Assembly: GCF_006345805.1 (NCBI RefSeq)
Contig: NC_043020.1
Coordinates: forward strand, 13,082,001-13,146,000
Source: Octopus sinensis
Lineage: Eukaryota
Direction: 5' to 3'
DNA length: 64,000 nucleotides
In this document: piece by piece, positions 10,880-24,309 of the stretch
Position numbering within the stretch: position 1 is the stretch's first letter
Layout of the letters: every line of letters starts with the position of its first letter
The notes under the pieces: generated by a model
What the model was told of the DNA's origin: nothing
Databases searched by the model: none
What the model saw: the letters and a program-made list of their open reading frames with translations, nothing else
Translations under genes and position numbers: made by a program

Positions 10880-11674
10880 CATGTTTGTTCCTTCTCGAGC
10901 CACGCCTGGCTCATAAGGGCCGGTTTCCCGGTTCCTTTGGCATATAGGTTCCCCACCTGGACGGGACGCCGGTCCGTCGCAGGTGAGCTGCAAGATGCAG
11001 GAGGAAAGAGTGAGAGAAAGTTGTAGCGAAAGAGTCAGCAGAAGTTCGCCATTGCCTTCTGCCGGAGCCGCGTGGAGCTTAGGTGTTTCACTCATAAATA
11101 CACACATCGCCTAGTCTGAGATTCGAACCTGCGATCCCTCGACTATGTGCCTCCACATAAAATACTTAGTGCCATTCCAGGCTCATAAGGCCGGTTTCCC
11201 GGTTCCTTTGGCATATAGGTTCCCCACCTGGACGGGACGCCGGTCCGTCGCAGGTGAGCTGCAAGATGCAGGAGGAAAGAGTGAGAGAAAGTTGTAGCGA
11301 AAGAGTCAGCAGAAGTTCGCCATTGCCTTCTGCCGGAGCCGCGTGGAGCTTAGGTGTTTCACTCATAAATACACACATCGCCTAGTCTGAGATTCGAACC
11401 TGCGATCCCTCGACTATGTGCCTCCACATAAAATACTTAGTGCCATTCCAGGCTCATAAGGGCCGGTTTCCCGGTTTTAGTAGCGTAGAAATTCCCCACC
11501 TGGACGGGACGCCGGTCCATCGCAGGATTACTCATTTTTGCCAACTGAGTGGACTGGAGCAATATGAAATGAAGTGTTTTGCACAAGAACACAACGCATC
11601 GCCCGGTCCAGGAATCGAAATCACAACCTTACGATCATGAGTTCAACACCCTAACCACTAAACCACACGCCTCC
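10880..11674 (-). mobile_element. SINE trimer: H2-T4 followed by two A-box-less H1'-T4 monomers
   Basis: Linker ATAAAATACTTAGTGCCATTCC occurs twice; T4 module GGACGGGACGCCGGTCC in all three. Confidence 0.85.
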
Positions 11675-11739
11675 ACCAGAAAGTCATGATGACAACACGG
11701 TTTCGAAACCCGGTTGAGTCATTTTTATAACCGCATTTA

Positions 11740-12000
11740 CTTATGTTTTGAGAACGGAGTAGAGTGAACGACGTAGTTGCAAAAATCGAAAAGCACAAGT
11801 TCCACAGGGCTGGACATGTCGCAAGATTCACAGACAACAGGTGGACCCATGAAGTTGCCGTGTGGTTTCCAAGAGATCGTAAAAGGCCACTCGGTAAGTT
11901 TCTGTGGCAACGGGTAGATAATTTAGCAAAACAATTTGAGCCAAAACAGAAAAGACGAGTTCAATCAAGAAAGAATTGGAAGTGCATTGTGATCAGTGGT
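11740..12000 (+). mobile_element. RTE-clade LINE C-terminal fragment
   Basis: KHKFHRAGHVARFTDNRWTHEVAVWFPRDRKRPLG...QSRKNWK, typical of the RTE post-RT region. Confidence 0.7.
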
Positions 12001-13190
12001 GTATGACATCATCTAATAGTTTGATCGATATCGTTATCTATTCGTGTATATGTCACTATTTTACGCTTGATTTTAATTGGGGAAAAATTTGAGCTGCAAC
12101 GTATCCATGCAACGAATCTGAAAGCAAGTTTGAATATGAAAGTAAAAGTATTTGTATCAACAATTAACACTAAATTAGGGCTGTGACTTATACAGGAGTG
12201 CAACTTTTATCCGTTGCTTTCGCGGATTCCCACGATTCTCTGTTACCATTCAGTTTTATCTTATAATAATTCTGCTTGTCATTACGTTACTTAGCCCGTT
12301 GGTAACGCTCTCATGTGATTAGAGAAAAAGAGGGAGAAAGAAAAGAGAGAAAGAAAAAAGAGGGAGAGTGCAAAAAAGGGAGAGAGAAGCGTCCGTGATG
12401 TGAGGTAGAGGGAATGTAATTGTAACACTTTAACGTGATTAGTTGAAGAGAAAGAGAGGAGAAAGAAAAAAGAAATAGAAAAAGAGGATAAGGCGAAGAC
12501 TGAGAGAGAAAGAGGGAGAGAGAAAAAGACGGAGAGAGAAAAAGACGGAGAGAGATAATGAGGGAGAGAGCAGCGTCCATGACGTGAAGTAGGGGGAATG
12601 TAATATTTATTACGTGGTTAAAAAAGTTAGTTGAAGCTAGTGATGATATAGAGGAGAGTTAAAGATATAATCTTAGCAGAGGGGTGATGTTCTGATGGAA
12701 GGCAGAGAGAGGTAGAAAGAGGAGGGAGAAAGAGAGGGGAGATGCGGTGGTGGTGGTTGTGGTGGTGGTGGTGGTGATGATGGTGATGGTGGTGGTGGAG
12801 GTAGTAGTGGTGAGTGCATAGTGAAAGTGTATTTTTTAAAATTGAACTAAGTTTTTTTCTAACACCTATCACTTAACACATGCAGATAAATGCAATTACG
12901 TGAAATATTCACGCTTATTTATATGGCAGATATACGCAACTTAATTAAAGGTTGTAACATATGTGCGGGATATTTTTTTTATGAGAAAAATGAGAAAATA
13001 TGACTTCACCGTATCCTTGACAGGGTGGATGATTGGATGCTATGTTTTGCCAAAGAGGAACCCCGTGACTATGCAGGACACGGTCGTTACTCTGTGAGGT
13101 ATTTTCAAAGTACCCGCAAACCCAACTTATACACGAGCAAATATGATAACTTCGTTCTTTTTCTGACTGAAACGGTTGACATCCCCCTTT

Positions 13191-13582
13191 GGCTGGATGG
13201 AAGCACTCCGTCGGTTACGACGACGAGGGTTCCGGTTGATCCGATCGACGGAACAGCCTGCTCGTGAAATTAAGGTGTAAGTGGCTGAGCACTCCTCAGA
13301 CACGTGTACCCTTAACGTAGTTCTCGGGGATATTCAGTGTGACACAGAGAGTGACAAGGCCGGCCCTTTGAAATACAGGTACAACAGAAACAGGAAGTAA
13401 GAGTGAGAGAAAGTTGTGGTGAAAGAGTACAGCAGGGATCACCACCATCCCCTGCCGGAGCCTCGTGGAGCTTTAGGTGTTTTCGCACAATAAACACTCA
13501 CAACGCCCGGTCTGGGAATGGAAACTGCGATCCTATGACCGCGAGTCCGCTGCCCTAACCACTAGGCCATTGCGCCTCCACT
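13191..13582 (-). mobile_element. H1-T1 SINE, full length
   Basis: 12-bp TSD ACATCCCCCTTT (13179-13190, 13583-13594); homologous to 9959-10343. Confidence 0.9.
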
Positions 13583-14145
13583 ACATCCCCCTTTAGAAAC
13601 CGGTTGAAGCAAATACCCAGTATTCGGCAATTACTATAATGACTTATGGCATTCTTTTGAGACGCTTTGTTCTCTTTTCTTTGCCAGTAACCCAGTGAGT
13701 TGATCTATGGTCCACTGTACCTTAAACGCACATAAGACGGGCCCCAGATGTTAAACCATATAACAGTAAGATGATAACCATCATCCCACCTCCTTTATAT
13801 TTTAAAACCGAGCTTCTTACATCAGTAAATCATTTACTTCAGAAAAGAATCCAACTAAATTCTTGTACTATAAATGATGCTTCAATTTCGCAGTTCTTGC
13901 TTTCGGTTTTCTTTCTCTAGCAGTTCCTGTTTCCACTTCTTCATATTGGTATATAACTCACATTTCCTGTACCATAATAAGATTCTATTCTGCAGTTCCT
14001 GTTTTGATTCTGTCTTCTACTTCCTGTTTTTACTTTCTCCGTACCTGTATATCGTTAAACAGTTTTGTTTGTTTTTTTTTCATTTCAAGATACACTTTGT
14101 AAACCTTATTGCATTTAAATTTTCCTAACTTATATTTTGATTTTC

Positions 14146-14254
14146 GTTATCCTCTACGATCTAAGTTCACATACACAACCCCCTAATCGCCCTAAAGTTA
14201 TCCTCTACGATCTAAGTTCACATACACAACCCCCTAATCGCCCTAAAGTTATCC
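14146..14254. repeat. 51-bp tandem duplication
   Basis: GTTATCCTCTACGATCTAAGTTCACATACACAACCCCCTAATCGCCCTAAA x2. Confidence 0.9.
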
Positions 14255-14326
14255 GTAACACTAATTTAATTAAAAGTGGGGTTTTATTTCCTTCATCATC
14301 ATCAGCAGCAGCAGCGGCACCCGCAG

Positions 14327-14700
14327 GAGGCGCAATGGCCCAATGGTCGGAGGATCGCGGTTTCGATTCCCAGACCAGGCGTTGTGTGTGTTTATTGAGC
14401 GAAAACACCTAAAGCTCCACGAGGCTCCGGCAGGGGTTGGTGGCGACCTCTGTTGTACTCTTTCGCCCCAACTTTCTCTCACTCTTTCTTCCTGTTTCTT
14501 GTCCCCGACTTCCTACGCAACCGCTGAGCCTGGATGCGCATTCATTCATCCATCCGTCGATGCTCTCGGTGTCGGGGGTTGACCTGCCTTCTCTTCTGCG
14601 GGTCTTACGAATAGCAAAGGACCACGTTTCGGACTTCACCCACTACAGAGGCGCGATCTTGCGAGATCTGGGACGAAGACCGTTTCGCTCAACAGTAGCA
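14327..14700 (+). mobile_element. H1 SINE with a different tail (T2)
   Basis: H1 head and body to CTTCCTGTTTCT, then sequence unrelated to T1. Confidence 0.75.
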
Positions 14701-14880
14701 CCAGCAACATCACCACTATTTAACGTATGTTCTCCATGTTGGCATGGGTTGGACGGTACGTATGTATGTATGTATTATGTGTACGTGTGTGTATGGGGTC
14801 TTAACGGGAAGCTAGAAGTATAAAGAAGACGAACTCATTCTGGAATTATTTCTAAACTATTATACACGTCATTATGCGTA

Positions 14881-14922
14881 CGTGTGTGTGTGTGTGCGTG
14901 TGTGCGCGCGCGTGTATATATG

Positions 14923-14999
<77 letters not shown>

Positions 15000-15221
15000 A
15001 TATAATATATATATATATATGTATATATATTATATGTATATATATATATATAATATATATGTATATATATATATATGTAATATATATATGTATATATATA
15101 ATATGTATATATATATATATATATATATGTATTATATATATATATAGTATATATATATATATGTATATATATATATGTAATATATATATATGTATATATA
15201 TATATGTATATATAATATATG

Positions 15222-15286
<65 letters not shown>

Positions 15287-15640
15287 GTATATATAATATA
15301 TGTATATATATAATGTATATATATATATGTATTATATATATATGTATATATATATATAGATATATATATATATGATATATATATATGTATATATATATAT
15401 AATGTATATATATATATGTATATATAATATGTATATATATATATGTTATTAATATATATATGTATATATATATAGTATATATATATTAGTATATATATAT
15501 ATATGTTATATATATGTATATATATAATATGTATATATATATATTATATGTATATATATATATAGTATATATATATATATATGTATAATATATGTATATA
15601 TATATATATGTATATATATATATTGTATATATATATATGT

Positions 15641-15673
<33 letters not shown>

Positions 15674-15710
15674 GTATATATATATATGTGCATATATATA
15701 TGTGTATATA

Positions 15711-15752
<42 letters not shown>

Positions 15753-15838
15753 ATATATATACTTTATTTAAAGCAGCAGAAAATTCAACAAAATCTGTTA
15801 CTCTGAGTTTCTCGTTGCCGTTAATCAGACAGTTTTTG

Positions 15839-15885
<47 letters not shown>

Positions 15886-15942
15886 ATATCTATATATATA
15901 TATATCTATATATATATGTATATATATATGTCAGCGTGTATA

Positions 15943-15960
<18 letters not shown>
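14881..15960. repeat. ~1.1-kb interrupted (TA)n/(TATG) array
   Basis: Direct reading; contains a non-repetitive ~80-bp island at 15762-15840. Confidence 0.95.
15795..15832 (-). ncRNA. Degenerate minimal type I hammerhead-like motif
   Basis: Minus strand: CTGT-CTGATTA-ACGGCAACGA-GAA-ACTC-A-GAGT-A-ACAG (stem I CTGT/ACAG, near-palindromic stem III, GUA triplet; G8 substituted). Confidence 0.55.
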
Positions 15961-15977
<17 letters not shown>

Positions 15978-17105
15978 TGTCCACATCAGTTTTATTTAAG
16001 GATAATGCCTTGAAAGGCTCCCGGAATGTTTAATAAACCTTCCTAAAATATTCTACAACCACTCAAACATGGCATCTGATAAAGGCAAGCTCGCATATTT
16101 TCAAAAACAAAAGGTTACTTTATAAACCAAGCACCCGGGGTTATGTTATACTAGAGTACATCCGGTATGGTTTTGTCTGTCTTTAATTCCCTCTTATTTT
16201 AATTTATTATTCTTGAGAGAAGCCGAACCACAGAAATTCTTCACAGTCTTACATAACATATTTGCCAAGACAGTCTCTGTAAAATATCAGGAATATTCTA
16301 GAATATCAAGATACTTCAATACGAGACATAATATGTCAACATCCTTCTGGTGACATCGAAATTTCAAAATGTCACTATTCATATAAACAATTTACCTATT
16401 TTCAACATTGAAGTCTAGAATTTCGTTAGAGTTTCTTTCTTCAACATTACAAGAAGACATCCAAAGTTTTGAATTTCAGGTGAAAACTATATCTCTAAAG
16501 AATTCTCTTATAAAATATTTATGGTTTATGTCTGCCATGAAAAAAAATTTTTTTTGGAAAATCTTCTGTATTTAATTTATTTCAAAATGTTACTGCACGA
16601 AAGTAAGGAAGGAGAAACATTGAAAAGCCAAACTAGAGGTAGGAATCCGTTTTTATGTTGGAAAACCGAATTAAAGTTAAGTACCTTATAATAGTTGAAT
16701 GCGACTCTGCGATTACCCCCATGGAAATCACGAGTTTATCATGCATGCAGACCCCTTTTCGGTCCAATCAGTGCTCTTTGTTCACGTAATAGTCCGGAGG
16801 TGTGACCAGGACTGTTTGTGAACAGAACCTAAAAATACAGCTGGTTTTAGCACGGAAAACCCAATGTGAATTTGAGCCTTGATAGAGTTCGCTCTCGACC
16901 TATATCTGTTTTCACCACTACATGCTCAACCCGGTGCGATACATAAAGAAACATACACGACAGCATGAATATGCATTGATGTATAGAATCAGCCTAAGTC
17001 TGAATTTTTGACGAAGACCTTCTGCACCTGTTATATATGTAGTTTCATGTAAAATTTACTCTTCTTCTATTGCATGGACGCCTTCTGTTTTAATGTAGCA
17101 ATAAA

Positions 17106-17501
17106 TCTTTATATATAAAAGTCAAGTTGTGTGTCTGTCTCCTACGATTTAGATTCCTAACTACTCCCACATTTTGCGGTGCAGTTTAACCAATACCGGG
17201 TATCTTATAGTCGTGATTCATATCAAGCCCTTCTGGGTATTAGCGCACGTCTACGATGAGTCTACGATTTAAAAAAAAATTTACCATCATTTTTTTCCAT
17301 TTTAATGCATTTTTTTCGCTATTATATAAGGGAAGTAACTCTCTAAAAATGTCTACGATGAGTCAACGATTTAAAAAAAAATTACCATAATTTTTTTCCA
17401 TTTTTGATGCATTTTTTTGCTATTTTTTGGCTATAACTCTCTAAAAATGCTTTATAGTTATTTCCCTTACAAACCCGAGCAACGCCGGGCGATACTGCTA
17501 G
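17106..17501 (+). mobile_element. Non-autonomous Helitron family 1
   Basis: A|TC...CTAG|T; highly similar to 8434-8826. Confidence 0.9.
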
Positions 17502-17899
17502 TTATGTATATATTCTGACAATAAGTCCTTCTTCATGACTACGCTACAAGCTTATGATAAGGTGAAGGCATGTAACCTAATGGTTAGCAGTGTTGCACTC
17601 ACGATCGCAAGGTCATGGGTTCGATTCCAGAACCGGGTGGTACTTTATGTATCCAATGTTTTTCGAAATGTTACGGTATAAAAGCAAGGAGTGAGAAAAG
17701 AATGAGAAGCCAAATGGCAGGGAGCCATTTTATGTTGGAAGACCGAATTGAAGTTGACAATATGAATACATACATGCTTACAGAAAGAGAGACAGACAGA
17801 GATAGACAGACAGACAAACAACCGTTACGATTTATTAATTGAACCCGAGTGACATAAATAACATTGGGTTTCCTCATACACAGAGAGAAATATACTCAA

Positions 17900-18040
<141 letters not shown>

Positions 18041-18044
18041 GGGA

Positions 18045-18402
18045 GGAAGAGAAAGTTGTAGCGAAAGAGTCAGCAGAAGTTTGCCATTACCTTCTGCCGG
18101 AGCCGCATGGAGCTTAGGTGTTTCACTCATAAATACACACATCGCCTAGTCTGAGATTCGAACCATCGATCCCTCAATTATGTGCCTCCACATAAAATAC
18201 TTATTGTCATTCCAGGCTCATAAGGGCCGGTTTCCCGGTTTAGTAGCGTAGAAATTTCCCCACCTGGACGGGACGCCGGTCCATCGCAGGATTACTCATT
18301 TTTGCCAACTGAGTGGACTGGAGCAACATGAAATGAAGTGTTTTGCTCAAGAACACAACGCATTGCCCGGTCCAGGAATCGAAATCACAACCTTACGATC
18401 AT
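18045..18402 (-). mobile_element. Second copy of the H2-T4/H1' dimer junction, truncated at both ends
   Basis: Collinear with ~11280-11640, including the ATAAAATACTTA linker. Confidence 0.85.
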
Positions 18403-18499
18403 GACAGAGACAGACAGAGACAGACACACAGACAGAGTCTGTGTAGAGAAAAAAACGAAAGAAACGTTAAACGTCTGATGTCAGATAAATCAGCGTCGC

Positions 18500-18850
18500 C
18501 AAAAAGCGGCGACAAAGCAGCTATGCCATAACGTCACACAGCCTTTTTGTTACCTGACTACTAAAAAGAGGTCCGTTGTCAGCTAAAAACCAACGAAAAT
18601 CGTGATTTGTTTGTAATACAGAAAATAGGTTAAGGACTTCTATAATACTTTGAAATTGGTGAGAGCAGATGCCAACAATTAGGGAGTAAGCTCTTTTCAA
18701 CCTTGGCCATATCTCCAACGTATTCTGAAATGATGTTAAGAGAGGTCTTATGATTGGAGCCAAGTTGAAACAGAAGTTAGCTGCCATTGACAGGTGCATT
18801 TTGTTGAGACACTCTAAAGAGAAGTGGTATCAACGCAGCCATTTCCTGAA
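18500..18850 (-). mobile_element. Possible degenerate LTR-retrotransposon (Gypsy-like) integrase fragment
   Basis: ...FLADNGPLFSSQVTKRLCD resembles the rve motif SDNGPQF.S..F..FC; no LTRs seen. Confidence 0.35.
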
Positions 18851-19234
18851 CTTTCGCGGAGCCATGTACAAGAGAAATGTTGACAAGTAGGACGTGAAGG
18901 AAGGAGTAGGCAAACAAGTTCCCGTGAAAGTGGTTTGACCCCTGCCGTCTTCAGGGGAACGGAATTGCATAGAATGATTGCTATCTATGGCTCCATTCTT
19001 CATTGCTGGTAGAAAAATTCAAAGTAGGAAAAGCTCGCAGCCGTATGATGCTAGTAGACTCTGTAGATGCCGTTGTTCAGAGGACCTAACTTAAAAGAGT
19101 TGACAGGAACAAAAAGGCCTGTGAGAAACGACGGGTTGAGTAGGGTCCAATTTAAAAATAAGGGGGTGATATATGAGTAGAAGATAATGTCTGGACGGTT
19201 ACAAAGCCAAATAGATATCTCGCTAGAATAATAA

Positions 19235-21235
19235 TGGTTTCAAATTTTGGCACAAGGCCAGCAGTTTCGGTGGTGGGGATAAGTCGATTGTATCAACCCG
19301 TACTTAACTGGTACTTACTTTATTAAAGCCGAAAGGATGAAAGGCAAAGTCAGCCTTGGCGGAATTTGTATCCAGGACGTAAAGCCGGAAGAAAAGCCGT
19401 TAAGCATTTTCTCCGGCGTGCGAACGATTCTTATTTCTTTACTGCCCACAAGGGGCTACACACAGAGGGGACAAACAAGGACAGACAAACGGATTAAGTC
19501 GATTATATCGACCCCAGTGCGTAACTGGTACTTATTTAATCGACCCCGGAAGGATGAAAGGCAAAGTCGACCTAGGCGGAATTTGAACTCAGAACGTAAC
19601 AGCAGACGAAATGCCTAATTCTTTATTACCCACAAGGGGCTACACACAGAAAGGAGAAACAAGGACAGACAAACGGATTAAGTCGATTATATCGACCCCA
19701 GTGCGTAACTGGTACTTATTTAATCGACCCCGGAAGGATGAAAGGCAAAGTCGACCTAGGCGGAATTTGAACTCAGAACGTAACAGCAGACGAAATGCCT
19801 AATTCTTTATTACCCACAAGGGGCTACACACAGAAAGGAGAAACAAGGACAGACAAACGGATTAAGTCGATTATATCGACCCCAGTGCGTAACTGGTACT
19901 TATTTAATCGACCCCGGAAGGATGAAAGGCAAAGTCGACCTAGGCGGAATTTGAACTCAGAACGTAACAGCAGACGAAATGCCTAATTCTTTATTACCCA
20001 CAAGGGGCTACACACAGAAAGGAGAAACAAGGACAGACAAACGGATTAAGTCGATTATATCGACCCCAGTGCGTAACTGGTACTTATTTAATCGACCCCG
20101 GAGGATGAAGGCAAAGTCGACCTAGCGGAATTTGAACTCAGAACGTAACAGCAGACGAAATGCCTAATTCTTTATTACCCACAAGGGGCTACACACAGAA
20201 AGGAGAAACAAGGACAGACAAACGGATTAAGTCGATTATATCGACCCCAGTGCGTAACTGGTACTTATTTAATCGACCCCGGAAGGATGAAAGGCAAAGT
20301 CGACCTAGGCGGAATTTGAACTCAGAACGTAACAGCAGACGAATGCCTAATTCTTTATTACCCACAAGGGGCTACACACAGAAAGAGAGAAAACAAGGAC
20401 AGACAAACGGATTAAGTCGATTATATCGACCCCAGTGCGTAACTGGCTTATTTAATCGACCCCGGAAGGATGAAAGGCAAAGTCGACCTAGGCGGAATTT
20501 GAACTCAGAACGTAACAGCAGACGAAATGCCTAATTCTTTATACCCACAAGGGGCTACACACAGAAAGGAGAAACAAGGACAGACAGACAAACGGATTAA
20601 GTCGATTATATCGACCCCAGTGCGTAACTGGTACTTATTAATCGACCCCGGAAGATGAAAGGCAAAGTCGACCTAGGCGGAATTTGAACTCAGAACGTAA
20701 CAGCAGACGAAATGCCTAATTCTTTATTACCCACATGGGGCTACACACAGAAAGAGAAACAAGGACAGACAAACGGATTAAGTCGATTATATCGACCCCA
20801 GTGCGTAACTGGTATTATTTAATCGACCCCGGAGGATGAAAGGCAAAGTCGACCTAGGCGGAATTTGAACTCAGAACGTAACAGCAGACGAAATGCCTAA
20901 TTCTTTATTACCCCAAGGGGCTACACACAGAAAGGAGAAACAAGGACAGACAAACGGATTAAGTCGATTATATCGACCCCAGTGCGTAACTGGTACTTAT
21001 TTAATCGACCCCGGAAGGATGAAAGGCAAAGTCGACCTAGGCGGAATTTGAAAACGAACGTAACAGCAGACGAAATGCCTAATTCTTTATTACCACAAGG
21101 GGCTACACACAGAAAGGAGAAACAAGGACAGACAAACGGATTAAGTCGATTATATCGACCCCAGTGCGTAACTGGTACTTATTTAATCGACCCTTAATAC
21201 AGCAGACGAAATACCGCTAAGTTTCTGCCAGCATC
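19235..21235 (-). repeat. SINE-C tandem array, about ten near-identical ~184-bp units plus a terminal C' monomer
   Basis: Junction CAGACGAAATGCCTAATTCTTTATTACCC recurs every ~184 bp; ORF track shows repeated 63-aa units. Confidence 0.95.
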
Positions 21236-21820
21236 TTGATAACTATTGACCTCCTGGCGCTTACTATACCAGATCACTAGATGTCTGAAAGGCAAGAGAG
21301 TGAGACTGGCTCTGCACAAAGCATGCAAACCACTATGATAATATTCTTCTTTCAGGTTGGTTAGCAAATCAGCCACCAGTAACCAACCCCCCATCGCATT
21401 TTCTTCATAGGTTCAGCGGCAATAGGAAAAGCAGCGACGGGGATACGTAGAAGATCTTACTAGAAGTCTTCAGTTTTGACCCTGAACACAGGTGGCTACA
21501 GGATGAAAAGAAGAATTTTCAACCGTCTTTTTGAACCCTAATTCGTCAAAGAAAAGAAAGTAACTTTCTTGGTGCAATCCCATGGCCATTCATGACCGAA
21601 GGGGGTGTTCACTCTTTTTAGGAGGTCGATAGAGGGAGGTTGTGTGTGTGAGTGCGCGAAGTAGTCAGTACTCACCAAACAATAGGGTTAGTAGAAAGCG
21701 AAATATAAGGCGGAGTGGAAGAGAGCAGGAGAAGGATGAGATAGCGCGAATAAGAAATGGAAAGGAACAAATGGTAGATCACTGACGATGGGGTATAAGA
21801 GATAAGTACAGAGAATAAGT

Positions 21821-22122
21821 GGAGGCGCAATGGCCCAGTGGTTAGGGCAGCGGACTCGCGGTCATAGGATCGCGGTTTCGATTCCCAGACCGGGCGTTGT
21901 GAGTGTTTATTGAGTGAAAACACCTAAAGCTCCACGAGGCTCCGGCAGGGGATGGTGGTGAATCCTGCTGTACTCTTTCTCCACAACTTTCTCTCACTCT
22001 TTCTTCTGTTGGCCTGCTCGCTTAACCAGCGCGGGGTGGCGTCATTTGAAGGCTAAAACAATGCGAAGCGCATTGTGACCAGCGATGTGTAGCAACATCT
22101 GATAACCTGGTCGGTTACGGTG
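21821..22122 (+). mobile_element. H1 SINE with tail T3, ending at (TA)n
   Basis: H1 head and body nearly identical to 9961, then GTTGGCCTGCTCGC...GGTTACGGTGA. Confidence 0.8.
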
Positions 22123-22185
<63 letters not shown>

Positions 22186-22249
22186 TATATATATCAAAAT
22201 GCGATTTTTTTCCTCCGTCTTCCCTTCTCTGGATCTTTCCTTTTCCTAT

Positions 22250-22284
22250 GTTTCCGACGAAGAGCTCCGCTCGAAACGTTAAAC
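22250..22284 (+). ncRNA. Minimal type I hammerhead-like motif within a ~180-bp module between (TA)n tracts
   Basis: GTTT-CCGACGA-A-GAGC-TCC-GCTC-GAA-ACGT-T-AAAC: stems I and II paired, palindromic stem III, GUU triplet, U4 replaced by C. Confidence 0.7.
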
Positions 22285-22377
22285 CCTCCTTCTTCTCTTT
22301 CTTCCTGAGCGTCCAATAATACTATATTTGTTCCACGTCCTCGCGTTCTTTGTGCCTTCATGTTTGGATTAACTTTA

Positions 22378-22472
<95 letters not shown>

Positions 22473-22510
22473 TATATGTATGCATGTATGTATGTATGTA
22501 TGTATGTATG

Positions 22511-22552
<42 letters not shown>

Positions 22553-22979
22553 ATATATATACATACATACATACAGAGAGAGAGAAGGAGATCGAAGAAT
22601 TAGCAAAGTATATGACTAAATGAGAGAGAATACTGAATGTGAGGAAGGAAACAGGGGGAGAATAAGTGAAAGAAAACAAAACGAACTGATCAAGCATTGA
22701 AAATAAAATAATTAAATCAAAAATGCTGGATGGAGGCAGAGATATAAACCCTATTAGTTTTTACGGGTACGGCACTAATATACATTACATACACATTCAT
22801 ACATATAGATACACATAGAAATATATATATACTCAATCTCACACGCACGCGTGGTGCACAAGTTTTGTAAAGTAGACCGGAGCCAACACTACTATGAAAC
22901 ACAATTTGGGACATTTTAGGAGTGAACCTATAAGTGATGCAACTAAACTAATATAATTGGTTTGTTTGTTTTCTTTCTA

Positions 22980-23480
22980 ACGAGTTTTCTTCGTTAGTCA
23001 TAACGAGCAGATGAAGCGATTGGCTGACGGCAACACACCGCCAGAAAAACGTAATTTACTCTTCTAGCAGCACACTACGAGGTACTGGCGTCGAGAGAGA
23101 AGAAAGTTCTTTTTTTTGCTATTATGCGTTTCTGTGTTCGATGTCACTTCTCGGCGGTACCTTGGGCGTGTGTCTTCGACTAATCTTAAACTGACTCTAC
23201 CTTTTGCTGTGGATGGAGATAGAGTGTGAACTCAATGGACGGGAAACTGTGCAAAAGTTTGTCGGCTGGGTTGTGCTTTGTTCATGACGATTAAACTTTT
23301 TCTGTGGCCCCTTTAAACATCACCACCACCATCAACAACAGCAGCAACAACACCATCTGAGCCTTTTCGTGCCTTTAGCGGAGTACCCATTATATCGAAC
23401 TTGCGGACGACTTTTTTCTCCGGCCAGAGTGCGACGCGAAACCTCAACGCGTTGCTTACAACTGCAATAACTCAAAACTT
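22980..23480. promoter_or_regulatory. CpG-enriched, repeat-free segment upstream of GOPC; candidate (bidirectional) promoter or 5' exon
   Basis: Locally elevated CG dinucleotides; inverted CCAAT box CGATTGGCTG at ~23018-23027. Confidence 0.4.
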
Positions 23481-23609
23481 TTTACTGTTTGTTTCTTCAT
23501 ATGTCTTGGAGGTCACATACACACACACACACACAAATATGGCTCTCACCTGCTTCTGGGCCCTGAAAAACATTGTTCGATGTAGTTCGCTCCCACTCTC
23601 TGAATGGAT

Positions 23610-23683
<74 letters not shown>

Positions 23684-23727
23684 ATAGACCGACAGATAGA
23701 TGTTTGTGTGTGTGTGCGCGTATTTAT

Positions 23728-23762
<35 letters not shown>

Positions 23763-23763
23763 C

Positions 23764-23804
<41 letters not shown>

Positions 23805-23806
23805 CA

Positions 23807-23904
<98 letters not shown>

Positions 23905-24309
23905 CGCATAATGTATCTTAGTGCGTTCAATAAAAGATATAATGTACACATAATGTGCAGAACTTCATCCAACACCCTGTGGTGTTTTAGTCCACACTGC
24001 TGCTATCAGAAGATAATCAATATTTGGTTTGTGTCATGTTGTGTATCGTTATGTTGAGAGAGATGAACTGATTTCATTTTAATGACATTTCTTTCTTTTT
24101 CTTTTTATTTCATTCATTCATTGAAAATAATTCCATTGTCTATTTTTACAGCATTCGTAAAATGATTTTAAAGAGTTATAATAATTCCTTTCGTAAAATA
24201 ACAAGGCGTATATTTGGTATTTAAATGAATAATAAATTGTGAGCGAAAGTTGTTTATAAAAAGGTTCGTCTGAAAGAATTGTGCTAGCTTTGCACGGACG
24301 TAAACAAAA

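Noticed and set aside
16600-17760. Diverged ~100-bp direct repeats at ~16580-16680 and ~17660-17760 as LTRs
   Set aside because: No TG..CA ends, PBS/PPT or TSD; more likely fragments of an old dispersed repeat
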